A DNA stretch of 64,000 nucleotides from an uncultured Candidatus Saccharibacteria bacterium. GTDB lineage: Bacteria > Patescibacteriota > Minisyncoccia > Phycocordibacterales > DATDWN01. Shown piece after piece: positions 40,018-49,817 of this stretch (positions within the stretch are counted from its first letter, which is position 1; every line of letters begins with the position of its first letter). Position numbers and translations under genes: made by a program. Under the pieces are notes generated by a model. The model was not told the origin of the DNA. It made no database searches and worked only from the letters and a program-made list of their open reading frames with translations. Location: NCBI GenBank assembly GCA_964469605.1, contig CAYXZA010000003.1, positions 3,721 to 67,720 of the forward strand, read 5' to 3'.

Positions 40018-40311
40018 ATGAAAAGAGAAGGAGAAGGAGAAAAATTTATTAATGAATTTAATCCTAAAATTATAAAACCAGAGGGTAAAATAGAATTAAA
40101 AAACGATATAATTACTGATAAAGAAAATTATACAAAGGAAAAAGCATGTCTTTCTTGTGGTAGATTAGGTCATTCTGCAACAAATTGTCCAGAGGCAAAT
40201 ATAAAATTAAATAAAAATAAATTTGCAACTGATATAGAGTATAGATGTAGTAAATGTGGTTTACTTGGTCATTTGGATGAAAATTGTCCTACCCACACTG
40301 AAAGTTTATAG
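40018..40311 (+). CDS. Protein with two CCHC zinc knuckles
   Basis: CLSCGRLGHSATNC and CSKCGLLGHLDENC (CX2CX4HX4C). Confidence 0.85.
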   Translation: MKREGEGEKFINEFNPKIIKPEGKIELKNDIITDKENYTKEKACLSCGRLGHSATNCPEANIKLNKNKFATDIEYRCSKCGLLGHLDENCPTHTESL

Positions 40312-40404
40312 ATTATTCTTAGATAAAAATAATAAAATTTAAAACAAATCTCGGTAAATTCCGAGATTTGTTTTGTTTTTAAAATATGATATTCTATTTG
40401 TATT

Positions 40405-40488
40405 GCGTCGGTGGCGGAGTGGTCAATCGCAGCAGACTGTAAATCTGTCGCCCATTGGGCTACGTAGGTTCAAATCCTACCCGGCGCA
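40405..40488 (+). tRNA. tRNA-Tyr(GTA)
   Basis: GCGTCGG/CCGGCGC; GCAGA-CTGTAAA-TCTGT; variable arm. Confidence 0.97.
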
Positions 40489-40880
40489 CAAAAATAATTC
40501 CCGTAAGGGAATTTTTTGGTGTGCAGGGAATAAACCTCTTGGGAGAGGTTTATGTTAGGATTTGAACGACGGAGCTAAAAATTTTCAGTAGAAAATTTTG
40601 CGAGTCGGTGCCTAGCCTAAAATTTTTTGACGAAAAAATTTTAAGGCGAAGGAAAACTCCTACCCGGCGCACAAAAAGAAAACCCGAAAGGGTTTTTCTT
40701 TTTGTCGACCGGAGCAAAGCATCGCTTTGCGAGTAGGATTTGAACAGAAAAGCGGTCTACAAATTCAGCAGAATTTGTCGCTTTTCTGGCGACTAGGTTT
40801 TTTCTGAGTGGCGACGAAGAAAAAATGTAGTCAAAATTCCTACCCGGCGCACAAAAATAATTCCCGAAAGGGAATTTTTT
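40489..40880 (+). repeat. Two tandem tRNA-trailer structured elements (Tyr units 1 and 2)
   Basis: TCCTACCCGGCGCACAAAAA at 40475, 40658 and 40838; TAGGATTTGAAC antisense arm in both units. Confidence 0.95.
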
Positions 40881-40919
40881 GATTTACTTCAAAATATAAA
40901 TATGGTAGATTTTTTTGAG

Positions 40920-41306
40920 ATGGAAAAGAAATTAAACATCTTGTTAATTGAAGACGATCTTCATATTCGGCAAGGTCTTGAAATGTTTTTAATAAGATTA
41001 GGATACAATGTTACTTCTTTTGATAATATTAAAGATCCAAAAGATTTAATTTTAAACGATGAAGTACCTGACATCATTGTTTCTGACAATCAAGTTATTG
41101 GTGGTTACGGGTCTGATTTTTTAGCTTGGTTAAGAAGTGACGATTCTGTTCCAAAACAAGCAAAAAATATACCATTTATATTAATGAGCGGATCTGATCT
41201 TAGAGAAAGATGTAAAGGGTTTGATAAATGCTCTTTTTTACAAAAACCTTTTGTTTTTGGTAAATTAAAAGAAGTTATAGAAGAATTTTTCCCAGACTCG
41301 CAGTAG
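40920..41306 (+). CDS. Single-domain response regulator receiver (CheY-like)
   Basis: ILLIEDD, PDIIVSD, PFILMSG, FLQKPF. Confidence 0.92.
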   Translation: MEKKLNILLIEDDLHIRQGLEMFLIRLGYNVTSFDNIKDPKDLILNDEVPDIIVSDNQVIGGYGSDFLAWLRSDDSVPKQAKNIPFILMSGSDLRERCKGFDKCSFLQKPFVFGKLKEVIEEFFPDSQ

Positions 41307-41402
41307 GCGGGTTTTTTGTTTTAAAAATATTTGTGTATTTCTCTGTATTGTTAAAATTTTTTATGATATAATTTTATTATAAAAATTATTATTTAAGTTT
41401 TA

Positions 41403-44400
41403 TTGGTTATGATTAAAAAATTTATCTCGCTTGGTTTACTTTTTGTTTTTGTATTTATACTGTTTTCTTCTTCAAATTCTGGTGGCTTTAAACATAGACT
41501 TCAAACCGGTGCTGTGGCACTTGCAGGTCAAGATGAAAAAGTTTTGACAAAAACTTTTGATCTAAAAGGTTCTTCATCTGAAATTTCTGGTAGAACAGAT
41601 GGTTCAACTGTAACACCTGTTGTTGGTCCAACAGGAACTGTAAAGGTTAGAGGTCAGGGATCTGTAAACTTTATTCCAACAAGTTCAGGAAATGGAATCT
41701 CTTTTGAAAAAGGTAATACTCAAAATGATAACACAGCTTTTTATCTTTTTAGAGGTGCGGATATTGTAAATCTCCTAGATTATACAGAAGGTGAAATAAG
41801 TTTTACTTTAAAATCCAAGTATTCTTATAATGAAAGAATAAATCTCCCAAGTTATTATAAATATAGAACTCCATTTTCAATAGAAGATTCATCTGTTGGT
41901 TCATCTATATCTTTTTACACAGAACCAACTCAGTTTACATTTAACTTTAAAGGAACAAGTGTAAACAGAGTCTTGTCTCAAAAAGAGTTTGAAGATTATT
42001 TTGATAAAGACAAAGAGTTAAAGGTTAGATTAGTTTGGGGTGCTGGAAAATGTAGTATATATCTAAATAATAATCTATATACAAGCAAGTCTTGTGCAAC
42101 AGATAGTCAATTATCATCAAACTCTTTGATGTCAATCGGTGCTGATAAGCCTAGCTCTTATGGTGGTGGTTGGTGGGCAAATGATGACATAATGAGTGAT
42201 TTTTCTATAAGTAAATATGCATATGTGGACAGAAGAGGACCTGAGATAAGAAATGTTTCTATTGTCGAAGATTTAACTTCAGCTTCTATTTCTTGGAATA
42301 CAGATGAGGATTCAACTGGTGATGTTGATTATGGAACTCTTCTTTCTTATGGAAAATCTGTATCGTCATCTAATCCATCTAAAAATCATTCAGTATCTAT
42401 AACAGGACTTATTCCTGGAACATTTTATAATTTTATAATCAGATCAAGAGATATTTCTGGTAATATAGCCAAGACTATAAATAATACTTTTACAACTAAA
42501 AATCCTACAACAGTTGACCCTATACCACCTACTAACCCAAACCCAACAAATCCGCCAACAAATCCGGTAAATCCAACACCACTTCCTCCTATTGTAACAA
42601 ATGCTGTAAACAAAATAACTATAAAAGAAATATCTGGTCAAACTCAAACAAACAGAGTATTTTCTATTTCAAGAATATTTAAACAAGGTGATATTGCCAA
42701 TTTTCCACAAGCTAAAATCGGTGGAAATACCATAAACACTCAAGCTGATGTAAAAAACAGATGGCCAGATGGATCTGTAAAGCATGCTATGATTTCTTTC
42801 ATAACAACAGTATCAGCTAACTCATCTGTTGATGTTGAATTTGTTAACCAATCTTCTTGTAACTGTAATTCAGGTCTTTCTGCAACAGATATGCTTTCTT
42901 CAAAATACGGTTTAGATGCCTCAATGACAGTTTCTCCTGGTGGAACAGTTAGTGCGAGGGATATCATACAATCCGGTAATTTTAGATACTGGCTTTCTGG
43001 TCCAATAGTAACTCAGGTTATTGTTGAAGATAGAACACCTGCTAGATCTTTTGATCTTTCTTTTGGAAGTCAAAAATCATTTCACCCGATGTTTATAGTT
43101 TCTTTTTATCCATCAGATTCAAATGTCAAGGTTGATTTTATAGGTGAAAATGTTTGGGTTGATGGACTTAAAGATATTAAATATTCACTTACACTTAACC
43201 TAGATGGTAAAACAGTTTATTCAAAGAGGGATTTTGTCCAGTCATATGCAACAAGATGGAGACAGACTTTCTATAAAAACAAACCAACTGATATTCAAAT
43301 AGATCATAATTTAGCTTATTTAGTATCAACAAAAGCACTTCCAAACTTTGATACAAGTATAAGGATAAGTGATACTGCAATAAATGATGGGGTTAACAAA
43401 CCTTGGAATAGTCAATGTGATAGTCCTTCTTGGGTAAATGCAGTTTCAAGTGGGAAAACTGATATAGGTGGAACTGCACAGGTTTGTACTTATATACCAG
43501 CTCCTGGTGGGAGACCAGATTTGGGACTTATACCAGGATGGTATGTTAGGTATTTGTATTCTATGTCATCAAATAATCCTTTGGCATATAAATATCTTGA
43601 TATTATGAAAGGAAATGCAGATGTTTCTGGTTCAATAAGAATGAATTATAGAGAAACTAAGACTAATAAAAATTTCAGCAACAATGTTCCAGAATCAGCT
43701 TTTGGTAAAAGTTTATCTTTGGATTCTAGATTGGGATATACACTTATTGGTGGACAAGGGGATGCGGCGGAAGGTGATTCTATATATTTTGTCCCAGGAG
43801 GTGAGTTAAGTGGTAGAAATGGCTTAGAACCTGAACTTGCCCATTTACCATCACTTTCTTATGTTCCATACATAATGACAGGAGATTATTACTATCTTGA
43901 AAATCAATATATGGCAGCATCTTATGCTATAGGAACTGGTGCTGACTTTGATGCTTATAGAAAGAGAAATCCAAATACTGCTGGTATTATAGCTAGAACA
44001 GAATATAGAGGAGTTGGTTGGGGATTGAGAGAAGTAGGATTTGCTGGATTTATTGCCCCTGATAACACACCAGAAAAAGAATATTTTACAAGAATATTAA
44101 ATAGAAATATTGCTTTTTATGAAGGTTTGTATAACTTAAGAGATGGTAATTTCTTTGATTCAAGTTGCAATAATAGACAATTTAACAGACTAACAGAGAC
44201 AAATGTTTGGTGTTATGGAAATAAAATAGATACTATTTGGTTGTGGTATAACAGTGTAGGTGATGTTAGAACAGATAACCCTATGAAAATATTGGAACCT
44301 GGAAATAAAGGTTATGCTGTAACTAATCCTCCTTTTAATACAGATAAAGTTACTGCACTTGAGGCACCTTGGGGTTGGGGTTATAACTTAAATGTTTGGG

Positions 44401-45326
44401 GAATGCTCTCTGAAATGGGCTATCCGTTTAAACCTATATTAAATGACAGATTAAAGATATATTTATATCTAACAATACATCCTGATGCTGTTCCTCAACT
44501 TGTAGCCGGATATGTTATACCTACTAGAAATGGTAGTGGTAGACTTATACAAACTCCAAAAGAATTTGTAGATGCCTTTAATCCTCAAAAGATCCAAAGT
44601 ATAATAGCTGATAATTATTCAAATGCAGCTGATCCTCAATCTGGATACTCACTGATTGCAAAAGCTGCTATGAGTTACCTTCCTGGTGTAAATGAAGGAA
44701 ACCTTAGAGGTCAAGATGCTTGGAACTTTATCAAAAATGCACTTTCTAGATATGAATCAGCACTTACTTATGATCAGAGCTGGGCCATAATCCCTAGATA
44801 TGTTGATAATAATCCAGCACCTGCACCTACTCCTGTAAATAACAATAATCAAAATCCTAATTCTAATAATAATGGTAGTTCAAATCCAATATTAAACATA
44901 GTTGAAACTATAATTGCACCAATAGTAAATATAATATCTCCTATTCCAACTCCAACTTCAACACCTACACCTACACCTACTCCATCTACTGCAACTCCTA
45001 CTCCAACTATAACTGTTCCAGTTTCAAATTCAGGAAATCCTCTTTCTATAAGTTCTGTTAGAGCGGTTAAAAATAGTTCAACTGAGGTCGTCATAACTTG
45101 GAATACAAATCTAGATTCTGATTCAAATGTTGAGTATAGATATTCAGTTGGTCAAGGAAAATGGACATATAACACATCTTTTTCAACAACGAAAACTACA
45201 TCTCATAGAGTTGTATTAAAGAACCTAAGACCAAATTCAATATACTATTACAAAGTTTGGTCAAAAGATAGAAATGCAAATACAGCAAATACAGCAGAGA
45301 GAATATTTAACACAATAGAAGAGTAG
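41403..45326 (+). CDS. Large secreted protein with Fn3-like domains, Pro/Thr linkers and a central putative catalytic domain
   Basis: Signal/TM; ISWNTDE...HSVSITGL and ITWNTN...HRVVLKNL Fn3-like modules; NRWPDGSVKHA, LSGPIVTQ. Confidence 0.8.
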   Translation: MVMIKKFISLGLLFVFVFILFSSSNSGGFKHRLQTGAVALAGQDEKVLTKTFDLKGSSSEISGRTDGSTVTPVVGPTGTVKVRGQGSVNFIPTSSGNGISFEKGNTQNDNTAFYLFRGADIVNLLDYTEGEISFTLKSKYSYNERINLPSYYKYRTPFSIEDSSVGSSISFYTEPTQFTFNFKGTSVNRVLSQKEFEDYFDKDKELKVRLVWGAGKCSIYLNNNLYTSKSCATDSQLSSNSLMSIGADKPSSYGGGWWANDDIMSDFSISKYAYVDRRGPEIRNVSIVEDLTSASISWNTDEDSTGDVDYGTLLSYGKSVSSSNPSKNHSVSITGLIPGTFYNFIIRSRDISGNIAKTINNTFTTKNPTTVDPIPPTNPNPTNPPTNPVNPTPLPPIVTNAVNKITIKEISGQTQTNRVFSISRIFKQGDIANFPQAKIGGNTINTQADVKNRWPDGSVKHAMISFITTVSANSSVDVEFVNQSSCNCNSGLSATDMLSSKYGLDASMTVSPGGTVSARDIIQSGNFRYWLSGPIVTQVIVEDRTPARSFDLSFGSQKSFHPMFIVSFYPSDSNVKVDFIGENVWVDGLKDIKYSLTLNLDGKTVYSKRDFVQSYATRWRQTFYKNKPTDIQIDHNLAYLVSTKALPNFDTSIRISDTAINDGVNKPWNSQCDSPSWVNAVSSGKTDIGGTAQVCTYIPAPGGRPDLGLIPGWYVRYLYSMSSNNPLAYKYLDIMKGNADVSGSIRMNYRETKTNKNFSNNVPESAFGKSLSLDSRLGYTLIGGQGDAAEGDSIYFVPGGELSGRNGLEPELAHLPSLSYVPYIMTGDYYYLENQYMAASYAIGTGADFDAYRKRNPNTAGIIARTEYRGVGWGLREVGFAGFIAPDNTPEKEYFTRILNRNIAFYEGLYNLRDGNFFDSSCNNRQFNRLTETNVWCYGNKIDTIWLWYNSVGDVRTDNPMKILEPGNKGYAVTNPPFNTDKVTALEAPWGWGYNLNVWGMLSEMGYPFKPILNDRLKIYLYLTIHPDAVPQLVAGYVIPTRNGSGRLIQTPKEFVDAFNPQKIQSIIADNYSNAADPQSGYSLIAKAAMSYLPGVNEGNLRGQDAWNFIKNALSRYESALTYDQSWAIIPRYVDNNPAPAPTPVNNNNQNPNSNNNGSSNPILNIVETIIAPIVNIISPIPTPTSTPTPTPTPSTATPTPTITVPVSNSGNPLSISSVRAVKNSSTEVVITWNTNLDSDSNVEYRYSVGQGKWTYNTSFSTTKTTSHRVVLKNLRPNSIYYYKVWSKDRNANTANTAERIFNTIEE

Positions 45327-45386
45327 TAACTAAAAGTTGAGAACAAAAACAGACTGGCTAAAACCAGTCTGTTTTTCTTTTATATT

Positions 45387-45447
45387 TTTATTCGAGAAAT
45401 ACCTCGCAGCTTTGCTGCGAGGATCAGGCGAGGTGACTGCTTTTATT
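45387..45447. mobile_element. 61-bp short MITE/REP-like copy
   Basis: Same ends as the 154-bp element, single hairpin, TTTATT flanks. Confidence 0.85.
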
Positions 45448-48400
45448 CTAATATTTTTATTTTATCAACAAGTATATTTTTATTTCCATTTTTTTCAGAG
45501 ATCTTACCTTTAACCACTACACAAGTATCTTTGTTTATAAAATCTTTAAACTCCAAACATACTTTTGGAAAAAGTATTAGTTCAATGGAATCACTTATAT
45601 CTGAAAGTTTAACAAAATACATTTTGTCTCCTTTTTTTGTCTCTATTTCTTTTATTTCTTCTATTATTCCACCAACTATAACTTCTTTGTTATTTTTGGA
45701 AACTTCTTTTACTTTTTTAATATCAAGATCTCTTTTACCTAATCTTTCCTTAAATTGATCTAGTGGGTGGCCTGAAAGATAGAGTCCTAGAAGTTCTTTC
45801 TCCCAAAGCAGTTCATTTGCGGTATTGTATTTTTCACTTTTTTTGATATCAAGTTTTAAATTATTTCCAAAGTCACTAAAAAGAGAGTTTTGGTTTTCTT
45901 CTGGTTTTGATTGTCTTGAAAATTCAAGCATTTTTTCCAAATTATCAAGCAAGTCGTGTCTTTTAAAATCTATTGATATTGAATCTAGTGCACCAGATTT
46001 TATGAGTGCTTCAAGAGATTTTTTATTTAGATTTCTATCATTTATTCTTGAAAGAAAATCTTCTAATGATTTAAAATTTCCAGATTTTTTTCTTTCTTCT
46101 ATTATCATATGAGATATATTCTCTCCAAAATTTTTTATAGTAGTTAACCCAAATCTTATTGTTTCTTTTTCAGCATCTTTGACTACTGTAAAATCTGAAT
46201 ATGATTGGTTTATGTCTGGTGGTAGTATAAGTATTCCCATTCTCTTACATTCAGCAACTGATATTGCTACTTTATCTACATCTCCATCGTGGTGTGTTAA
46301 AACAGATGCCATATATTCGGCAGGGAAGTTGGCTTTAAGATATGCTGTCTGATAGGCAACTCTTCCATAAGAAACTGAGTGAGCTTTGTTAAAACCGTAT
46401 GCGGCAAAAGGTTCTATCCAAGTCCAAAGCTGTGCAGCTTTTTTCTCTGGCCAATTTGAATACTGCACACAACCTTTTATAAACTTTTCTTTTTGCATAG
46501 CCATTTCTTCAGGAATCTTTTTTCCAACAGCTTTTCTAAATTTATCTACTTCACCCCAAGAGTATCCGGCTAGTTTGTGAGCCATCATAAGTAGATCATC
46601 TTGATAAACCAAAATACCATAAGTTTTTTTAAGTATTGGTTCTAATGCTTGATCTAAATAGGAGATCTTTTGAGGGTTATGTTTTCTCTCAATGTAGTCT
46701 GGTATAAACTGAATAGGGCCTGGTCTGTATAAAGCCACCATAGCATTTATATCGTGTATTGTTGTTGGTTTTAGTTCAACTAAAAACCTTGTCATACCAT
46801 CTCCATTTAACTGAAATAAATCTTCGGTTTCTCCTTTTGCGAGTATTTTAAAAGTTTTTTTATCATCGATTGGTATATCATCTTGTTTTAGATTAACTCC
46901 TTTTGTCTTTGAAATTAAAGTTATTGTATCTGCAATAATAGAGAGGTTTGAAAGTCCAAGAAAGTCAAACTTTAACAAACCAGCTTCTTCTATACTATAC
47001 ATATCATATTGAGTTATTATTTTTCCTTCACCTTTTGGATCGTATTGTAAGGCAGTATAATCAGTTATTTCAGTGGGAGATATAACAACTCCGGCAGCAT
47101 GAATACCCATATGTCTTGCACACCCTTCTATTTTCATTGCCATATCTATTATTATCTTTACATCTTTTTCTTTTTTATATAAATCTTTCAATTCTTCTGT
47201 TTCTTCAAGAGCTCTTTCTATTGTCATTGGAAATCCTTGAGAACCCATTGGTATAAGTTTTGCTATCATATCACCGAGGGAGTATGGAAAACCAAGTGCT
47301 CTTGCTGTATCACGAACAGATCCTCTTGCTGCCATTGTTCCAAATGTTCCTATTTGGGCAACTTTATCAGATCCATATTTTCTTTTTGCATATTCAACCA
47401 TTTCGTCTCTTCTATCGTCAGCATAATCCATATCAATATCTGGTGCTGATGGTCTGTCAGGGTTTAAGAATCTTTCAAACGGTATTTCATATTCAATAGG
47501 GTTGATTTTTGTAATACCAGATAAATATGTTGTTAGTGATCCAGAAACTGATCCTCTGATATTTGTTAGTATCCCATTTTCATCAGCATATTTTAGTAGA
47601 TCAGCAACAACTAGAAAGTATGGTGAATAACCTTTGTTTTTTATAACTTCAAGTTCGTAGTCCAGTCTTTTTAAAATTTCTTCTGTCTTTTCTATGTTTC
47701 TTTTATCAAGCCCTTCGTATGCTATTTTTTTCAACTCTTCATCTGCACTAAGGCCACTTTCTATTTTAAATGCTGGAAAAACCCATTTTCCAAGTTCTAT
47801 TTCAATGTTACATTTATCTGATATTTCTTTGTTATTTAGTATTAAATTTTCTTGATCTTTAAAACTATTTAAAATCTCACTTTTTTTCCTGAAAGACAAA
47901 TCATATTCCTCGTCATCTTCTCTTATTTCTCCATTTGATTGTATTGAAAGTAGTGTTTTCCAAGCCTTCCTGTCATCTTTTTCAAGATAATAAACTTCTT
48001 GACTCGCAAATGCTTTAATATTGTTCTTATTTGCAAAATCAATCACAGCATCTGCTTTTTCAATTAGATTTTTTATTTCACTGTGTTTACTTATTTCTAT
48101 ATAAAAATCATCTCCAAATAATCTTTTATAGAAATCAGCTTTTATTCCAGCTTTTTCGTAATCTTTTATTTCAATAGCTTTTGATATGTCACTGTTTAGA
48201 AAAGGGGCTATACAAATAAGACCTTCTTTGTATTTTTCCAAAGTACCACTGTCTATTCTCGGTTTATAATAAAAACCCTCAAGGTGTGATACGGTAACGA
48301 GTTTAATAAGATTTTTATAACCAGTATAATCTTTTGCAATTAAAAGTAGTCTCTCTCTTGGTTTGTCTATACTACCATCTTTATCTTTCATTTCTCTAGG

Positions 48401-48613
48401 TGCTAAGAAGAAATCAACCCCTATTATTGGTTTAATTTCTTTTTTTTTACACTCTTTGTAAAATTCAATAGCTCCGTATAGATTTCCACTATCTGTTAGT
48501 GCCAAAGCCGTCATATTTTCTGATTTTGCTTTTTTTACCAAATCTTCTATTTTAGGCAATGCAGAGAGAAGGGAATAGTGACTATGGGTATGTAGGTGTG
48601 TAAAATCATCCAT
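45443..48613 (-). CDS. dnaE: DNA polymerase III alpha subunit
   Basis: HLHTHSHYSLL PHP domain, PDIDMD, KFDFLGL, YGFNKAHS. Confidence 0.97.
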   Translation of the reverse strand: MDDFTHLHTHSHYSLLSALPKIEDLVKKAKSENMTALALTDSGNLYGAIEFYKECKKKEIKPIIGVDFFLAPREMKDKDGSIDKPRERLLLIAKDYTGYKNLIKLVTVSHLEGFYYKPRIDSGTLEKYKEGLICIAPFLNSDISKAIEIKDYEKAGIKADFYKRLFGDDFYIEISKHSEIKNLIEKADAVIDFANKNNIKAFASQEVYYLEKDDRKAWKTLLSIQSNGEIREDDEEYDLSFRKKSEILNSFKDQENLILNNKEISDKCNIEIELGKWVFPAFKIESGLSADEELKKIAYEGLDKRNIEKTEEILKRLDYELEVIKNKGYSPYFLVVADLLKYADENGILTNIRGSVSGSLTTYLSGITKINPIEYEIPFERFLNPDRPSAPDIDMDYADDRRDEMVEYAKRKYGSDKVAQIGTFGTMAARGSVRDTARALGFPYSLGDMIAKLIPMGSQGFPMTIERALEETEELKDLYKKEKDVKIIIDMAMKIEGCARHMGIHAAGVVISPTEITDYTALQYDPKGEGKIITQYDMYSIEEAGLLKFDFLGLSNLSIIADTITLISKTKGVNLKQDDIPIDDKKTFKILAKGETEDLFQLNGDGMTRFLVELKPTTIHDINAMVALYRPGPIQFIPDYIERKHNPQKISYLDQALEPILKKTYGILVYQDDLLMMAHKLAGYSWGEVDKFRKAVGKKIPEEMAMQKEKFIKGCVQYSNWPEKKAAQLWTWIEPFAAYGFNKAHSVSYGRVAYQTAYLKANFPAEYMASVLTHHDGDVDKVAISVAECKRMGILILPPDINQSYSDFTVVKDAEKETIRFGLTTIKNFGENISHMIIEERKKSGNFKSLEDFLSRINDRNLNKKSLEALIKSGALDSISIDFKRHDLLDNLEKMLEFSRQSKPEENQNSLFSDFGNNLKLDIKKSEKYNTANELLWEKELLGLYLSGHPLDQFKERLGKRDLDIKKVKEVSKNNKEVIVGGIIEEIKEIETKKGDKMYFVKLSDISDSIELILFPKVCLEFKDFINKDTCVVVKGKISEKNGNKNILVDKIKILE

Positions 48614-48675
48614 ATCTAAATTATACTAGAAAAAAAATTAAAGTAATATTTACAAAATATGATATTATTTTCTAA

Positions 48676-49287
48676 ATGGCTTCAAGTTACATTATAGGTG
48701 TTGATGAGGTTGGTAGAGGGCCTTTGGCAGGGCCGATTTGTTTTGGGTTTGTAAAGGTTTCTTTTGAAAATTATATAAGACTGAAAAAAAATAAAAATTT
48801 ACCAAAAAAAGGTCTTGATTCTAAAAAAATAAATAAAAATGAAAGAGAGGGGTTTGAAAAATATTTAAAAAAGTTAAAAAAAGATGGGGTATTAGATTTT
48901 TGTATTGTTACTTTTTCAAACAAAGATATAGATAAATTTGGACTATCTGTTGTAATAAAAAAGAGTATAGAAGAAGGTCTGAAAAAAATGAAAGCAGACA
49001 AAAAAGACACTCTATTTTTTGATGGTGGACTTAGGACAGATATTTCAAATTTTCCAAATCAAAAAACCATAATAAAAGGTGATGAGAAAGAAAAAATTAT
49101 CTCTTGGGCTAGTATAGTTGCAAAGGTTTATAGAGATAGGTTTATGAAAAAGCAGTCTCTAAAATATCCAAAATATGGATTTGATAAAAATGTTGGATAT
49201 GGGACAAAGGAACATCTACAAAAAATCAAAGATTTTGGAGTGTGCTCTTTACACAGAAAATCTTTTTTGACAAAAGTTATTTTATGA
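48676..49287 (+). CDS. rnhB: Ribonuclease HII
   Basis: GVDEVGRGPLAGP, DSKK, ASIVAKVYRD, GYGT. Confidence 0.96.
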   Translation: MASSYIIGVDEVGRGPLAGPICFGFVKVSFENYIRLKKNKNLPKKGLDSKKINKNEREGFEKYLKKLKKDGVLDFCIVTFSNKDIDKFGLSVVIKKSIEEGLKKMKADKKDTLFFDGGLRTDISNFPNQKTIIKGDEKEKIISWASIVAKVYRDRFMKKQSLKYPKYGFDKNVGYGTKEHLQKIKDFGVCSLHRKSFLTKVIL

Positions 49288-49306
49288 TTATTATCTATAT
49301 GTAGAT

Positions 49307-49552
49307 ATGGAATATACTAAATATGAAGAATGTGCATATAATAAATTAAGACTACAAGCATATTTTTTATATAAAGGAAAAATTTATCAGAAAATTACAA
49401 ATATGTATGCAAAATTAGTTGATGATCCGAATGGTAAAGAAATTTGTTTTTCATGTTTTTCTGGTGTGACAAGAATAGTTCTGAATAATAAGGTTTTTAC
49501 TGATTCGGTTTTACCAAGTAGAGTAAGAATGAAATTCTATAATGCAACTTAG
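49307..49552 (+). CDS. Small hypothetical protein
   Basis: 81-aa ORF between rnhB and rpmF. Confidence 0.55.
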   Translation: MEYTKYEECAYNKLRLQAYFLYKGKIYQKITNMYAKLVDDPNGKEICFSCFSGVTRIVLNNKVFTDSVLPSRVRMKFYNAT

Positions 49553-49591
49553 AGTTGCTTTTTTGTTTGATTATGTTAATATGTATATATT

Positions 49592-49807
49592 ATGGTAGTA
49601 AGAATGAGACATACTAGGGCACAGAGGGGAAATACAAGATCCCATCATGCTCTTTCAAAACCGCCTGTAACAGTTGACAAAAGTGGTAATCCACACCTTC
49701 GTCATAGGGCTTCACTTGTAACCGGAGAATATAGAGGTAGAAAGGTTATAGATACAGAAGCAAAGCTTTTGAAAAAAGCTAAAAAAATGCAAAAAGAAGG
49801 TAGATAA
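49592..49807 (+). CDS. rpmF: 50S ribosomal protein L32
   Basis: RHTRAQRGNTRSHHAL...HLRHRA...GEYRGRKVI. Confidence 0.93.
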   Translation: MVVRMRHTRAQRGNTRSHHALSKPPVTVDKSGNPHLRHRASLVTGEYRGRKVIDTEAKLLKKAKKMQKEGR

Positions 49808-49817
49808 AAATAAAAAA

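Noticed and set aside
40475-40857. CRISPR array interpretation of the three 20-bp repeats
   Set aside because: The repeats are tRNA 3' ends, the spacers are ~160 bp and structured, and there are no cas genes in the window.
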